A stretch of 64,000 nucleotides of DNA from contig JACPSK010000001.1 in assembly GCA_016193335.1 (NCBI GenBank), positions 22,716 through 86,715 of the forward strand, written 5' to 3'. The DNA is from Candidatus Magasanikiibacteriota bacterium. GTDB lineage: Bacteria; Patescibacteriota; Patescibacteriia; Magasanikbacterales; UBA922. The notes beneath the pieces were generated by a model, which saw only the letters and a program-made list of their open reading frames with translations, was not told the DNA's origin and did no database searches. Numbering within the stretch: the stretch's first letter is position 1; each line of letters begins with the position of its first letter. Both the position numbers and the translations under genes were made by a program. Of the stretch, positions 29,056-39,223 are shown one piece after another.

Positions 29056-29553
29056 ATGCGAACATTAAACAGAAAATCGGAAAAAAATAATCAAAACAAA
29101 ACAGATCCTTTCATTACGGAAGAAAAATATCATGAACTCAAAAAAACGCTCGAGAAATTATATAAAACCAGACCAAAAGCCGCAGCCGAAGTCAGCTCAT
29201 TGGCAGAAATGGGTGATTTTTCGGAAAATGTGGAATATCAATTGGCCAAAGGCCGGCTCCGCGGTATCAATAACCGAATTTTGATGCTGGAACAACAGTT
29301 AAATCACGCTGTGATTATTTCTCCTCAGAAAAAAACCGACAGCGTCCGAATAGGACATCATGTCCGTATAGAAACAGAAGGCAAAAAAATTGATTATCTG
29401 ATACTGGGCTCGGCCGAAAGCAAACCGGAAAAAGGAATCATTTCTCATCTCTCCCCTCTCGGATCCGCGCTTCTCGGACACAAAGTTGGGGAAAGTGTCA
29501 CTTTGCGACTAGCTGAAAGAGAAATGGAATACAAAATACTCAAAATAGAGTAA
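29056..29553 (+). CDS. greA: Transcription elongation factor GreA/GreB family
   Basis: GDFSENVEY and ISHLSPLGSALLG motifs. Confidence 0.9.
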   Translation: MRTLNRKSEKNNQNKTDPFITEEKYHELKKTLEKLYKTRPKAAAEVSSLAEMGDFSENVEYQLAKGRLRGINNRILMLEQQLNHAVIISPQKKTDSVRIGHHVRIETEGKKIDYLILGSAESKPEKGIISHLSPLGSALLGHKVGESVTLRLAEREMEYKILKIE

Positions 29554-29643
29554 AAAAACAGAGGGTACCAAACCAAGCCTAATTATCATGAATCCCCTCG
29601 AAGTAAAAAGACTGCTCATTCATAAACAAAAACAAAACCTTTC

Positions 29644-29916
29644 TTAACCTTGCTGCCCGAGTTGTTCAAAATAGTTTTTCAGCTGTTTCTTTATATACTT
29701 ACGTCCGGAACCACCTTTCAAAAATTTCTCTCTGCCCAATGCATCCTGCTTATTCACATAGCACTCGAAATAAATCAGCTTCCATCCCGGTTTGATTGAG
29801 GTTGTTCGTGAGCCATTGCCGGAAAGATGATCAAACAATCTCCTCTTGAGATTTTTTGTAAAACCAATATACCAACTTTTATCTACTTTATTTTCTAAAA
29901 CGTAAACAAAGTACAT
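29644..29916 (-). CDS. Small stand-alone GIY-YIG nuclease
   Basis: YFVYVL...WYIGFT..LKRRLFDH...ALGREKFLK. Confidence 0.9.
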   Translation of the reverse strand: MYFVYVLENKVDKSWYIGFTKNLKRRLFDHLSGNGSRTTSIKPGWKLIYFECYVNKQDALGREKFLKGGSGRKYIKKQLKNYFEQLGQQG

Positions 29917-30018
29917 AGCCCCTCCATCAATAAATTATAATTTGACTAGCTACGCAAAATTCGCTTCGCTCATCGCGTAGCACCGCGATAATTTGCTTTG
30001 CAAAATTATTTTGCGGTG

Positions 30019-30089
30019 CTCGGGGACAGGGATTCGAACCCCGATACGCAGCTTCAAAGGCTACTGTCCTACCATTAGACGATCCCCGA
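30019..30089 (-). tRNA. tRNA-Gln(TTG)
   Basis: TCGGGGA acceptor, GTAGC-CTTTGAA-GCTGC anticodon arm, GGTTCGAATCC. Confidence 0.95.
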
Positions 30090-30100
30090 ATCTGTGGCGA

Positions 30101-31006
30101 TTAGACCCTAAGATATTTTCTCATCGCGAGAGAACTGGTAAAAATGCAGAGAAGTAAAACCGCCAAAAACTGAAAACCAACGAGCTCCAGTATATGAGAC
30201 TTATAGTAGTTTGTCAATAAGCTGGGGGACCCAAAAATGGAAGAAAGATGAAGATCCAAAAAATTCAAGGCAAAATAAACGGCAATGCCCGAGAGAGAAA
30301 TACTCAAAACAGTGAAAAACAAAGACTCCACCACATAAGGGCCCCGAACATACCAATTTGAGGCTCCCACCAATTTTTTGATGCTTATTTCAACACGCTG
30401 GGTATAAATTGCCACTCTTACGGTGTTGAAAATGATAATAAAAGCAATAAGCGCGAAAAGGCTGGTCAGCATAAGAGTAAATCGTTCAACTTGGCTGGTA
30501 ATCGTAGTAATGCGTTCAATGGCTTTTTGAGTATCCGCGAAAGTCTTGGCCACAATGATATCTTCGTATTCCGGAATTTCCAAGGCTTTGATAACTGTTC
30601 CATAGTCTGCGGGTTCTTTGGTCTTTATAATTAAAGTGGGGCCGAGAGGGTTGGCTTCAAGCTCACCAAGCGAAGCTACGATAGCGGGTTTTTTTTCATA
30701 CGTCTTTCGAAATTGTTCCAGTGTGTCTTCTCTCGTCAAGAACGAAGTTTCTTTGATCTCTGGCAAGGAATTGACGTACTGAACTATTTCTTGGATGCTT
30801 GTATCCTCGGCAAGAGGATTAAAATGAATACTCACGTCAAGTTGTTCTTGAATGCCAGACACTGATTCTTGAGTGATAACTCTTACCACGAGCAAAGTAT
30901 TCACGGACAAAAGCATTAAGACCAAAATCAAAACAGTCATGCCCGACAGACTCAGATTTCTTCCCATGTCCTGAAATGAAAAAACTATAATACGAAACAT
31001 TGACAT
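30101..31006 (-). CDS. ftsX: Cell division permease FtsX
   Basis: NPLG, IIFNTVRVAIY..RVEISIKKLVGAS.WYVRGP; follows ftsE. Confidence 0.92.
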   Translation of the reverse strand: MSMFRIIVFSFQDMGRNLSLSGMTVLILVLMLLSVNTLLVVRVITQESVSGIQEQLDVSIHFNPLAEDTSIQEIVQYVNSLPEIKETSFLTREDTLEQFRKTYEKKPAIVASLGELEANPLGPTLIIKTKEPADYGTVIKALEIPEYEDIIVAKTFADTQKAIERITTITSQVERFTLMLTSLFALIAFIIIFNTVRVAIYTQRVEISIKKLVGASNWYVRGPYVVESLFFTVLSISLSGIAVYFALNFLDLHLSSIFGSPSLLTNYYKSHILELVGFQFLAVLLLCIFTSSLAMRKYLRV

Positions 31007-31037
31007 AGCCGGTTCGCAAAATTAATATATATAATTC

Positions 31038-31718
31038 TTACAATTTGTATTTGCCCCTTTGTTCGTCTGAAACAATACGGCCGTCTTCCAAGGCAATAAC
31101 CCGTTTCTTGAGATGGTTCACAATCTCCCGATTATGAGTCACCAGAATAACCGTAGTGCCGAATTCATTAATTTTTTTTAAAATTTCTATAATTTCATGG
31201 GTATTGAGAGTATCGAGATTGCCCGTAGGTTCGTCTGCCACCAAAATTTTTGGTCTATGAACCAAGGAACGCGCGATGGCCACGCGTTGTTGTTCTCCCC
31301 CTGAGAGCTGATGAGGATAGCTTGACCCTTTGTGTCCAAGGCCCACCACTTCCAAAACTTTGGGGACTGCTTGATGAATACGTCCCCGAGCGCTGCCAGC
31401 CACTTCCAAAGCAAAAGCTATATTTTCCTCAACCGTTTTTTTGGCGAGAAGCTTAAAATCCTGAAAAATCACCCCTATCTGACGCCTAAGGAGGGGTATA
31501 TCGCGGTACCGTATTTTGGTTATATCCCAGCCGCCAATGCTCAGCGCGCCCTTATTGACCCTCTCTTCCGCGATAAGCAATTTGACCAAGGTGGTCTTGC
31601 CACTTCCGCTTTGGCCCACCACAGACACAAACTCACCGGCCTCTATATCCAAGCTAATGCCCTCAAGAGCAGGATGTTCTTTGACATAATATTTACTGAC
31701 GTTTGAGAGAGAGATCAT
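31038..31718 (-). CDS. ftsE: Cell division ATP-binding protein FtsE
   Basis: GQSGSGKT, LRRQIGVIFQDFKLL, LSGGEQQR and DEPTGNLD motifs. Confidence 0.95.
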   Translation of the reverse strand: MISLSNVSKYYVKEHPALEGISLDIEAGEFVSVVGQSGSGKTTLVKLLIAEERVNKGALSIGGWDITKIRYRDIPLLRRQIGVIFQDFKLLAKKTVEENIAFALEVAGSARGRIHQAVPKVLEVVGLGHKGSSYPHQLSGGEQQRVAIARSLVHRPKILVADEPTGNLDTLNTHEIIEILKKINEFGTTVILVTHNREIVNHLKKRVIALEDGRIVSDEQRGKYKL

Positions 31719-31906
31719 AGCTTTTTTGCTGAGATCAAATTAAACTCAGTATATCATACAGATTGCTTAACAAAAAGAGCATGAATCCCTGAGATTTGAG
31801 TCAATCTCTTATTCATGCTTTTTCTAAAAAAGTTATCCAAGCGATAGCATTCAACATGGGTACCTGACAGAGACAAAATTTTGTTTGTATGGTAGAAAAT
31901 TTTTAG

Positions 31907-31979
31907 AGCCGACCATGGGACTTGAACCCATAACCTTCGGTTTACGATACCGATGCTCTACCAGTTGAGCTAGGTCGGC
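31907..31979 (-). tRNA. tRNA-Thr(CGT)
   Basis: GCCGACC acceptor, TCGGT-ATCGTAA-ACCGA anticodon arm, GGTTCAAGTCC. Confidence 0.93.
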
Positions 31980-32024
31980 CTTGCAAATGGCGAAAAAGTA
32001 TCGGTAGCGATTGTAACACAAAAA

Positions 32025-32357
32025 TCAAACCCATTCAAGGCGAGGTATGATATCAATAGGAGGCTCTTCATAGGGATGAACTTCACGAATAGCACGCAAA
32101 ACACCAGTGAGCTTATCTTTGTGGCAAATGGTCTGTATAATTTCTTCTTCGACCACTTCTGAAACTCCCGGGCGTCCTATCGCCGGCCGAGCCCCTTCCA
32201 AAGGCAAAAATCTGCCTGTACAAGGAAAAGAAGCGCTACAATAGCGGTAATTCCCCTGTACACCGGCGCCGGCGTCTCCCATGGCCTGCCTCAAGGCTTC
32301 CGCATGGGTTTTTGGGACGCCAACCTGTAATTTCACAAAATCAGATTCTTTGAGCAT
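32025..32357 (-). CDS. YqfO/Nif3 PII-like insertion-domain protein
   Basis: KLQVGVP..HAEALRQAM..AGAG..GNY..C...GRFLPLEGARPAIG...HPYEEP. Confidence 0.85.
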   Translation of the reverse strand: MLKESDFVKLQVGVPKTHAEALRQAMGDAGAGVQGNYRYCSASFPCTGRFLPLEGARPAIGRPGVSEVVEEEIIQTICHKDKLTGVLRAIREVHPYEEPPIDIIPRLEWV

Positions 32358-32418
32358 GTAAAAAATCATTATTCTTTTTTCCCAGCTTCTCAAAACAATT
32401 AACGCTTCAAACCAAAAC

Positions 32419-32706
32419 TTATTGAAGCATTTTCATGCGTAGGGCTTCAATGAGCGCGGGATCCTCAGGATTTTTAAGAGCCATCCTGCGCAGATTGGGG
32501 TTATTCTTAATCACGTGTTCAAAACGCTCGGCATGGCCTTCATCGACCCATCTTGTGTCTCCGGCTTCTGCCCCATAGCCCATGGTAGCGGCCAAGACAA
32601 CTTGACAAATATTGTATTCTTTGAGAGGCAGAGGGAGGACATTTTCTAACTCTTCTCTGTTTGGTTCAATTGGCCTCTCTGGAAAAACTTGCAGATTTTC
32701 TTCCAT
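32419..32706 (-). CDS. Hypothetical protein
   Basis: 95-aa ATG ORF co-oriented with neighbours. Confidence 0.6.
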   Translation of the reverse strand: MEENLQVFPERPIEPNREELENVLPLPLKEYNICQVVLAATMGYGAEAGDTRWVDEGHAERFEHVIKNNPNLRRMALKNPEDPALIEALRMKMLQ

Positions 32707-32761
32707 ATTTTAGTTTATATTTGATTTGAATTGAAAACTCAGACGAGCATTATCTCACCTG

Positions 32762-32832
32762 AGCGGGATACGAGAATCGAACTCGCGTCTCTTGCTTGGG
32801 AAGCAAGCATACTGCCACTGTACTAATCCCGC
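32762..32832 (-). tRNA. tRNA-Gly(CCC)
   Basis: GCGGGAT acceptor, CTTGC-TTCCCAA-GCAAG anticodon arm, GTTCGATTC. Confidence 0.95.
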
Positions 32833-32857
32833 GTAAAGACAGGCAGAAAAAAATAGT

Positions 32858-33910
32858 CTAGCTTCCTGTCTCATCTTTTAGATTATCAACAGTACTCGTG
32901 GCGGTTTTATCAAAAATGTCTTCAAAGGGATTATGGATATTGGCGTAAAGCCGTATATCGGCCTCAGCCAATTTGCGATCCATAAAGGCGGAAAAATTCG
33001 AACTCAGTCTCTTTTCAAGCACTTCCACAATATGGAACCCAAAGGCAGTGCGAACCAGTGTTTGAGACAAAGAAGGAACTTCCATGCTGAACACAGCTTC
33101 TTCAAATTCAGGAATCATCTGACCTTTGCCAAACCAACCAAGATCTCCACCTTCTTGGCTCGTGCTGTCTGAACCGAATTCTTTTGCAAGAGTCTCGAAA
33201 GACTCACCGTCCTGTATTCGTCTTAAAACTTCTTTAGCTTTTTTTCCCACAGCAGCCTCGTCTTTCTCGGCGTCAACTTTAAATAAAATATGGCGAGCGT
33301 GAATCTGGAGAAGAGCCAGAGGATCACCTTCGACAAGCGGTATTTTTTGGACAGCTTCAGCAAGCTTCTGTTCTCTGAGCGTAGGCACGATCACATGATC
33401 TACAAAGGTATCCTCATCCCAGCCAAAATTTTGAGTCAGCTGATTTTGCAAAGTCTCTGCATCTGGAAATTGCGCGGCGAAAGTATCACGCTCAGATTGA
33501 ATTTCTTCAGGAGAAATCCGGACATCATAGTCCGCGGCCACTTGCTTGATGAGGGCGTTTACTATAAGCCTGCTCAATGCTCTGTCTGAATAATCTTGGT
33601 CCTTGAGCAGATTGGCTTCTCCCTGAGACGCGGAATAAACTCGAAGAGCATTGAGATCTGAGATATAGTCTGAATACAAAATGGGCGTTTTGTTTATTGA
33701 AGCCACGGGAAGACGAAGAAGCTCCGCGCCCTTTACCACAAAGACTTGTTGCTTCGCGGCGCGGACGCCGAAACTTATAACCGCAATCGAGATCAAGAGA
33801 GCCAAAAGAAGCATGCTCAAAAAACCTCCACCGAATACAAGCAATACAGAGGGAGAAAACGTTGAAGCAGAGGCTTTGGAATCTTGAGTGTCCTTTTTAG
33901 ATAAAACCAT
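32858..33910 (-). CDS. PrsA/SurA-like membrane-anchored peptidyl-prolyl isomerase
   Basis: TM anchor, SurA-N-like helices, HARHILF...GGDLGWF..GQMIPEFE...FGFHIV. Confidence 0.9.
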   Translation of the reverse strand: MVLSKKDTQDSKASASTFSPSVLLVFGGGFLSMLLLALLISIAVISFGVRAAKQQVFVVKGAELLRLPVASINKTPILYSDYISDLNALRVYSASQGEANLLKDQDYSDRALSRLIVNALIKQVAADYDVRISPEEIQSERDTFAAQFPDAETLQNQLTQNFGWDEDTFVDHVIVPTLREQKLAEAVQKIPLVEGDPLALLQIHARHILFKVDAEKDEAAVGKKAKEVLRRIQDGESFETLAKEFGSDSTSQEGGDLGWFGKGQMIPEFEEAVFSMEVPSLSQTLVRTAFGFHIVEVLEKRLSSNFSAFMDRKLAEADIRLYANIHNPFEDIFDKTATSTVDNLKDETGS

Positions 33911-33930
33911 AAAACAATAGACAGATAAAA

Positions 33931-34338
33931 TTAAGGTTTGTGGCTAAAATAATACCACCATTTCCGCGGGTTGTCCAAGACCTCCCACTTTTTTTCTTCA
34001 TCCAAGGCCTGAGCATTTGTTTCCGGTTCCGGGCCAGAAACATTTTGTATAAAAATCACTTGTTCGTCCGGCTTTTTTAAATTAAGTTCTGTGCGGGCTT
34101 TTTCTTCCACAAAACGATCGCTCATCACAAAATCCAAGAAACGCAGAGATTCAAATTTTTTTTTCTCAAGAGAATCAATGTCTTCTTTAAGTTTTTTTAT
34201 TTCTTGACGCACTTTATAATCTTGATAATAAGCTCTGGCAAAACCGCCGGCAGTAAGTATTGCCAAAAACAAAGCCACCAGCAAAAATAATCGCGAGGTA
34301 AAAAATTTTTTGAATGGAGACTGCTTCTGGCGGCTCAT
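33931..34338 (-). CDS. Septum formation initiator (FtsB/DivIC family)
   Basis: TM + coiled coil + FVEEKARTELNLKKPDE. Confidence 0.85.
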   Translation of the reverse strand: MSRQKQSPFKKFFTSRLFLLVALFLAILTAGGFARAYYQDYKVRQEIKKLKEDIDSLEKKKFESLRFLDFVMSDRFVEEKARTELNLKKPDEQVIFIQNVSGPEPETNAQALDEEKKWEVLDNPRKWWYYFSHKP

Positions 34339-34340
34339 AT

Positions 34341-34970
34341 CTATTTTGTTTCTTCTATTTTAGCTTCTTTTCTCTTAAGAAGCTTCTCCGACATATCTCG
34401 TACCCGTTTGAGCTCTCCGGACTCTAGTTCATACAATTTTTCTATGATAAGATTCGCCACGTTTTCGCTGAACTCGTGCGCATGCTTCGTAAGATATCTC
34501 TCTTTGAATTCATGTATTACCTGTTGAACCCGCAGGGGCTCCTTAATGCCTTCCAGCCTCAAACGAGGGCTATCAGGACGATCTGACAAGGTGAGAGAAC
34601 CATAACGAAAAAGACTCTGGGATATGCCTTGTATTTTGCCGGACACTTCGTCGAGTTGATCATAGAGATATTCCACGATTTCACGCTGTAAAAAATTGTG
34701 CTGACGTAAAAGTATGACGCGATGAGTCGTGAGCACCAAAAGATTTTTCTTCCACAGCACGTAAAACCGAAATAAGGCAAGCAAACTGCCCAAAAGAACA
34801 AACGCAAAAAGTAGCTGGCCCCATCTTCCTTTGCTAAAAAGCCAAAACATGAAAAAGAAACTAAGCAAGATAAAAACCAAAGGAAGAGCCCAATGCCAAA
34901 ATAAACTAAGCCCATATTGCCTAAGGCTCATCAAAACTCGTTCTTGATCTTTTAAGGTTATATCTTTCAT
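34341..34970 (-). CDS. Membrane protein with a bacterial PH domain
   Basis: Two TM helices, LTTHRVI...FRYGSL; start taken at ATG 34970. Confidence 0.75.
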   Translation of the reverse strand: MKDITLKDQERVLMSLRQYGLSLFWHWALPLVFILLSFFFMFWLFSKGRWGQLLFAFVLLGSLLALFRFYVLWKKNLLVLTTHRVILLRQHNFLQREIVEYLYDQLDEVSGKIQGISQSLFRYGSLTLSDRPDSPRLRLEGIKEPLRVQQVIHEFKERYLTKHAHEFSENVANLIIEKLYELESGELKRVRDMSEKLLKRKEAKIEETK

Positions 34971-35017
34971 AAGGTCACGGCGCAGATTGATGGTGATGGA
35001 AAATTTTTTTGTTCTTT

Positions 35018-36151
35018 TTACAGCCAAGGTGAAAGCCTGTTCAATTGATGATCCCAATTGAATTCCGAGGCTACTCTTTCACGGCCGGCCAAACCCAGAC
35101 GCTTGGCGAACATTTCGTCCTTCAAAAGACCCAAGAGCATGTCCGCCACGTTTTTGTGCTGAGCCGCTTGGACCACAAAGCCTGTTTTGGCGTGAACTAC
35201 CGCGTCTCTCACTCCTCCGCTGTCTCCGGCGATCACCGGCAATCCCGAAGCGGCAGCCTCCAAAAAAACCAAGCCTATCCCCTCTTCAAAACCATCATGA
35301 GGGTGAGTAAGGAGCATAAAAATGTCAGAAGACTGATAATACACTCTCAAATCCGCATGAGGAACTTCTCCAATAAAACGGACAATGTCTTGAAGATGCT
35401 GTTTTTGCACCAGTTGAACGAGAACATCATATTTTGGCCCGTCGCCAATGACAAGCCAGACCAGGGTGGGATATTTCTTTACCACTTCAGAAAGCACACT
35501 CACCATATTTGCAAAGCCTTTGCCTTCCACCAAGCGACCTATTGAAAGGATAACTTTCTTTCCTTCAAGAGCCAGAGTATCTTTAAGGGAAAGGCGTTCT
35601 TCCTCCGGGCTTTGTTCAAAAAAATAAGGTTCAGGACCCGGATACAGGACCATCGTTTTCTCTTTGAGCCGAGGCAGGGCTTGGAGAGCTCTTGACCTCA
35701 ATGATTCGCTGTTCACGATGAGCTGTTCAGAATGCCGCAGAACCTGCTGTAACATTATCTTTTTCCACGGATGTCTCAGAGCCGCGCCCAGATCTGTGCC
35801 ATGAGAAAAAACGAGATACGGTATCCGCATGAATTTTTTTACAAACCATGCCATATAGCCCACCGGAAGCATGTGGTGTATCATCAAAAGATCAATTTTT
35901 TCTTTGCGGCAAAGGAAAAAAAGCCTAAAACAGCCAAACAACCAGCGAGGCCAGGTAAAGCGGGGAGATAAAATATTTTTTCTTATAATTCTATAACCGC
36001 GAGAGGCGTCAAAATCCTTGGCTTCCTTATGAGGATTGGCCAACACAAGAACAGACGCGTTCTGTAGGCCTCTCGCAAGCTGATCCACATACGTGGCAAT
36101 CCCGCCTATCTGAGGCGGAAATTCCATACTAATGATAAGAACCTTTTTCAT
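35018..36151 (-). CDS. Glycosyltransferase family 4
   Basis: FPPQIGGI, GRLVEGKG and EGIGLVFLEAAASGLPVI motifs. Confidence 0.93.
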   Translation of the reverse strand: MKKVLIISMEFPPQIGGIATYVDQLARGLQNASVLVLANPHKEAKDFDASRGYRIIRKNILSPRFTWPRWLFGCFRLFFLCRKEKIDLLMIHHMLPVGYMAWFVKKFMRIPYLVFSHGTDLGAALRHPWKKIMLQQVLRHSEQLIVNSESLRSRALQALPRLKEKTMVLYPGPEPYFFEQSPEEERLSLKDTLALEGKKVILSIGRLVEGKGFANMVSVLSEVVKKYPTLVWLVIGDGPKYDVLVQLVQKQHLQDIVRFIGEVPHADLRVYYQSSDIFMLLTHPHDGFEEGIGLVFLEAAASGLPVIAGDSGGVRDAVVHAKTGFVVQAAQHKNVADMLLGLLKDEMFAKRLGLAGRERVASEFNWDHQLNRLSPWL

Positions 36152-36185
36152 ATGCGACTATTGTACCATGGATCTGGGCCTGTTT

Positions 36186-37619
36186 CTACGCCTTAAAAAG
36201 AGAAAGGAATTCGCGCAGTTCTTTTCTGGTCAGGCGGCCGGTGGCAAAGAGCATACATAAATACACCAAAAAACCCAAAGCAATGGAATAAAAAAGATGG
36301 ACATGCCGGGCGCTCCACCAAACCACGATTCCCATGACTAAAGCCGATAGTATGGTTGAAATAAGATGCCTGGCAATCAAAAGATGAGGTATGGGGGCAA
36401 GCCCTCTTGCGAATATGTAGCCGAGGATGCCAAGAAGAATATTAGCTCCCAAAGCAGAAAACGCCGCTCCCGTGGCCCCCAAGCGGGGAATCAAAAACAT
36501 ATTGGCGCTTATGTTGAAGACGAGAACAAGGGCGGTAATGGCAGTTTGAACATTTTGTCTTGAACAAGCATTCAAAAAAGCGCCGATAGGAAAACTGACG
36601 AAAGAAAATACCAGACTGATAATGAGAATTTTCAGAGGGACGACGGAAGGAATGAATTCGCTGGTAAAAGCGAAAACTACAATCTGATCGGCCAAAAGAT
36701 ATATGCCGGTAGAAATGGGTAAGGCCACCATAAACAAAAAAGACAGACTTTGTTCAAAGCTCTGAGCCAATTTGCTTTTATCGTGTTCAAAGTATTCGCT
36801 AAAGCGAGGATACAAAGCCGCGATCAGGCCGAGAGGAATAAATTGAAAGGCAAAGGTTATTTTTGATGGAGTTGAATAAAACCCAACTTCCGCGGCGGTG
36901 GCGAGTTTTTTTAGCAAAATGACATCAGCGTAAGAATACAATCTTCCGCATACAGCGGCCAGCCCAAAAGGCAGAGCTATAAGGGCCAAAGTTCTGAGGA
37001 GTTTTCGGTTCTGCCTTATTTCAAATCTTAGACCAAAACGTCTCATGGCAATAAAGGCGGCATACAGCACATTCAAAGCCGAAGTGATACTGAAAGCCAG
37101 TATCAAAAATATGAGCGGCATTCCGAATTTCAAAAAAATAAATCCCAGAATCAAGGTAAGCAATTGCACTGTTGGTAATGACAAGGCTTCATAGCGAAGA
37201 TTGTTATGAATTCTCAGAACCCCATACAAAGTAAGATGCAAAGAGTCGAGAAGCATGGTAAGACCGGAAAGATAGACAAGCGCTTTAAATTGTCCCTCAA
37301 AACCAAGGACTTCCAAACTTACAACAAGAGCTATATAGCTTAAAATACCAAGAAATATTTTTATGAAAAGAACATTGGAAAAAAGTTCCTGGGTCCGCGA
37401 TCTGTCTTTGGAAGCCTCTCTAATAAAGACATTAGTAAAACCAAGATCAGCGAAAATAACAAATATCGTAGTCATGGCGAGAGCCGCGGTATAAAGACCC
37501 AATTTTTCCGCCCCCAGTTCACGGGCGAGAATAGTAAAATAGGTCAGAGAGATCAACTTCTGTCCTACTGAAGCCCCTATCATGAAGCTCGTATTTTTTG
37601 CTACGGAAACAATGGACAT
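36186..37619 (-). CDS. Wzx-type polysaccharide flippase
   Basis: VAKNT start, ARELG, DLG, 12 or more TM helices. Confidence 0.88.
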   Translation of the reverse strand: MSIVSVAKNTSFMIGASVGQKLISLTYFTILARELGAEKLGLYTAALAMTTIFVIFADLGFTNVFIREASKDRSRTQELFSNVLFIKIFLGILSYIALVVSLEVLGFEGQFKALVYLSGLTMLLDSLHLTLYGVLRIHNNLRYEALSLPTVQLLTLILGFIFLKFGMPLIFLILAFSITSALNVLYAAFIAMRRFGLRFEIRQNRKLLRTLALIALPFGLAAVCGRLYSYADVILLKKLATAAEVGFYSTPSKITFAFQFIPLGLIAALYPRFSEYFEHDKSKLAQSFEQSLSFLFMVALPISTGIYLLADQIVVFAFTSEFIPSVVPLKILIISLVFSFVSFPIGAFLNACSRQNVQTAITALVLVFNISANMFLIPRLGATGAAFSALGANILLGILGYIFARGLAPIPHLLIARHLISTILSALVMGIVVWWSARHVHLFYSIALGFLVYLCMLFATGRLTRKELREFLSLFKA

Positions 37620-37683
37620 ATACTTATTCTAAGCCATGCAAGGCCGCAAATCAACTCCCCCAGAGATAGCCGCTGAAAACAAC

Positions 37684-37840
37684 AATTTGAAATTTATAAT
37701 TTATAATCAATTTTTATTCTCTTAATTTCTAATGGCTGAGTCTGCGCAGTATCTCTCAGATCACAGTATTTTGTTTAAATCAAAATGATATTATGTCATT
37801 ATAAAAAGGGTTAAAAATTAGAAATTATACATTGAAAATT
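37684..37840. repeat. Degenerate copy 2 of the AT-rich inverted-repeat element
   Basis: 37715-37782 aligns ungapped with 21924-21991 (54/68 identical by hand count). Confidence 0.65.
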
Positions 37841-37972
37841 ACCTCAGGATTATTGAACGTTTTTTGTGAACTGAAAAATCCCCTTTTTGGAGGAGATTCT
37901 TTCATTTCTGACCTGGAAACGCGAATAGACATCCGAATCAGGAAGATACAAAAAAATCTTCCAAGAAAAACT

Positions 37973-38392
37973 TCAACGTTTTCTCCACTGTCTGCCTCTT
38001 CTTGCTCTGCGCAGACCTGATTTTTTCCGTTCTTTTACGCGAGCGTCTCTGGTCAAGAAACCTTCAGCTCTCAATACGGGTTTAAAATCTTCGTTCCATC
38101 TTACCAAGGCTCTGGCTATGCCATGTCTCACCGCTTGCGCCTGAGACATGTGTCCGCCGCCCACAACCCGAACCGTTACGTCAAAACCGCTTTCTTTGCC
38201 TACACTTTTGAGCGGAGCAAGAACGGTCTGCTGGTTGAAGGCCTTTGGAAAATATATTTTAAAAGGCTTATCATTTACCGTAATCGCGCCTGATCCATTG
38301 GGATGCAAACGCACACGCGCTGAAGATGTCTTTCTCCTTCCAACCGCCCGCTCAAATGACGCAGCTTCTTTTTGTATGAGATTTTTTGCCAT
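37973..38392 (-). CDS. rpsI: 30S ribosomal protein S9
   Basis: GRRKTSSARV, GGG..SQAQAVRHGIARAL and LTRDARVKERKK motifs. Confidence 0.98.
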   Translation of the reverse strand: MAKNLIQKEAASFERAVGRRKTSSARVRLHPNGSGAITVNDKPFKIYFPKAFNQQTVLAPLKSVGKESGFDVTVRVVGGGHMSQAQAVRHGIARALVRWNEDFKPVLRAEGFLTRDARVKERKKSGLRRARRGRQWRKR

Positions 38393-38440
38393 ATAGGTAC
38401 TAGTGTGCTCTCTGGTGAGATATATGCTCAGAAAATATTA

Positions 38441-38815
38441 TTATTTTATAGTAAGCCGTTTCATCATATGGTCGCGAAGCTTATTTTTTGGAAGCATGCC
38501 ATATATCGCACGTTTCAAAACCTCGGCAGGATTGCTGAGAAATATTTTTTTGAGAGGGGTCCTCTTCAAACCGCCCGGATGACTTGTATGATGAAGATAA
38601 TCTTTCTGAGCAAGTTTTTTCCCGGTAAAAAGGACTTTAGCCGCGTTTTTTATTATTACAAAATCTCCGCCGTCTCTATTGCTCTCATAAGAAGCTTTGT
38701 TCTTTCCTTGCAAAGCGCGAGCCGCCTGTGAAGCCGCCCGACCGGGAGCGATTCCGGACGCGTCTATTTCGATGGTGTTTCGTTGTATCGGAGTATTCAT
38801 ACGAAAATAATTCAT
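38441..38815 (-). CDS. rplM: 50S ribosomal protein L13 (short C-terminus)
   Basis: GRAASQAARALQGKNK, DGGDFVIIKNA and GMLPKN motifs. Confidence 0.96.
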   Translation of the reverse strand: MNYFRMNTPIQRNTIEIDASGIAPGRAASQAARALQGKNKASYESNRDGGDFVIIKNAAKVLFTGKKLAQKDYLHHTSHPGGLKRTPLKKIFLSNPAEVLKRAIYGMLPKNKLRDHMMKRLTIK

Positions 38816-38839
38816 TGATGGTATGATCTATCTCGTCTT

Positions 38840-39190
38840 TTAAATAAATTCTACACGCACGATGTCCGCTTTGTCATTTGATCTGAAACCAAGCTTGGTA
38901 GTACGCGTATAACCGCCTGAACGTTCTTTATAACGAGGAGCTATGTCTTGCATCAGTCTCTTCACTGCTTTCCCGGTATATAAAGCTTTCATGATGCCCT
39001 CTTTATCAACTTGCCTGTTTCTTTTTGCCTTGCTCACCAAAGGTTCCACATAGCGTTTAAGCGCTTTTGCTTTTGTCTTTGTGGTGACAATTCCGCCGTG
39101 CAAAATAAGGCTTTCCGCAAGGCCGCGAATCAACGCGTCGCGTTGAGCTTTTTCTCTGCCTAATGTTATTTTTTTGCTATGGTGTCTCAT
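38840..39190 (-). CDS. rplQ: 50S ribosomal protein L17
   Basis: MRH...LGR...TTKTKAK...RSGGYTR. Confidence 0.97.
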   Translation of the reverse strand: MRHHSKKITLGREKAQRDALIRGLAESLILHGGIVTTKTKAKALKRYVEPLVSKAKRNRQVDKEGIMKALYTGKAVKRLMQDIAPRYKERSGGYTRTTKLGFRSNDKADIVRVEFI

Positions 39191-39223
39191 AGGTGTGCTT
39201 GGACTTCTAAACGAGGTTCATTA

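Noticed and set aside
29644-29916. GIY-YIG gene as the intron's homing endonuclease
   Set aside because: It lies about 1 kb away beyond greA and is catalytic-domain only, with no DNA-binding extension.
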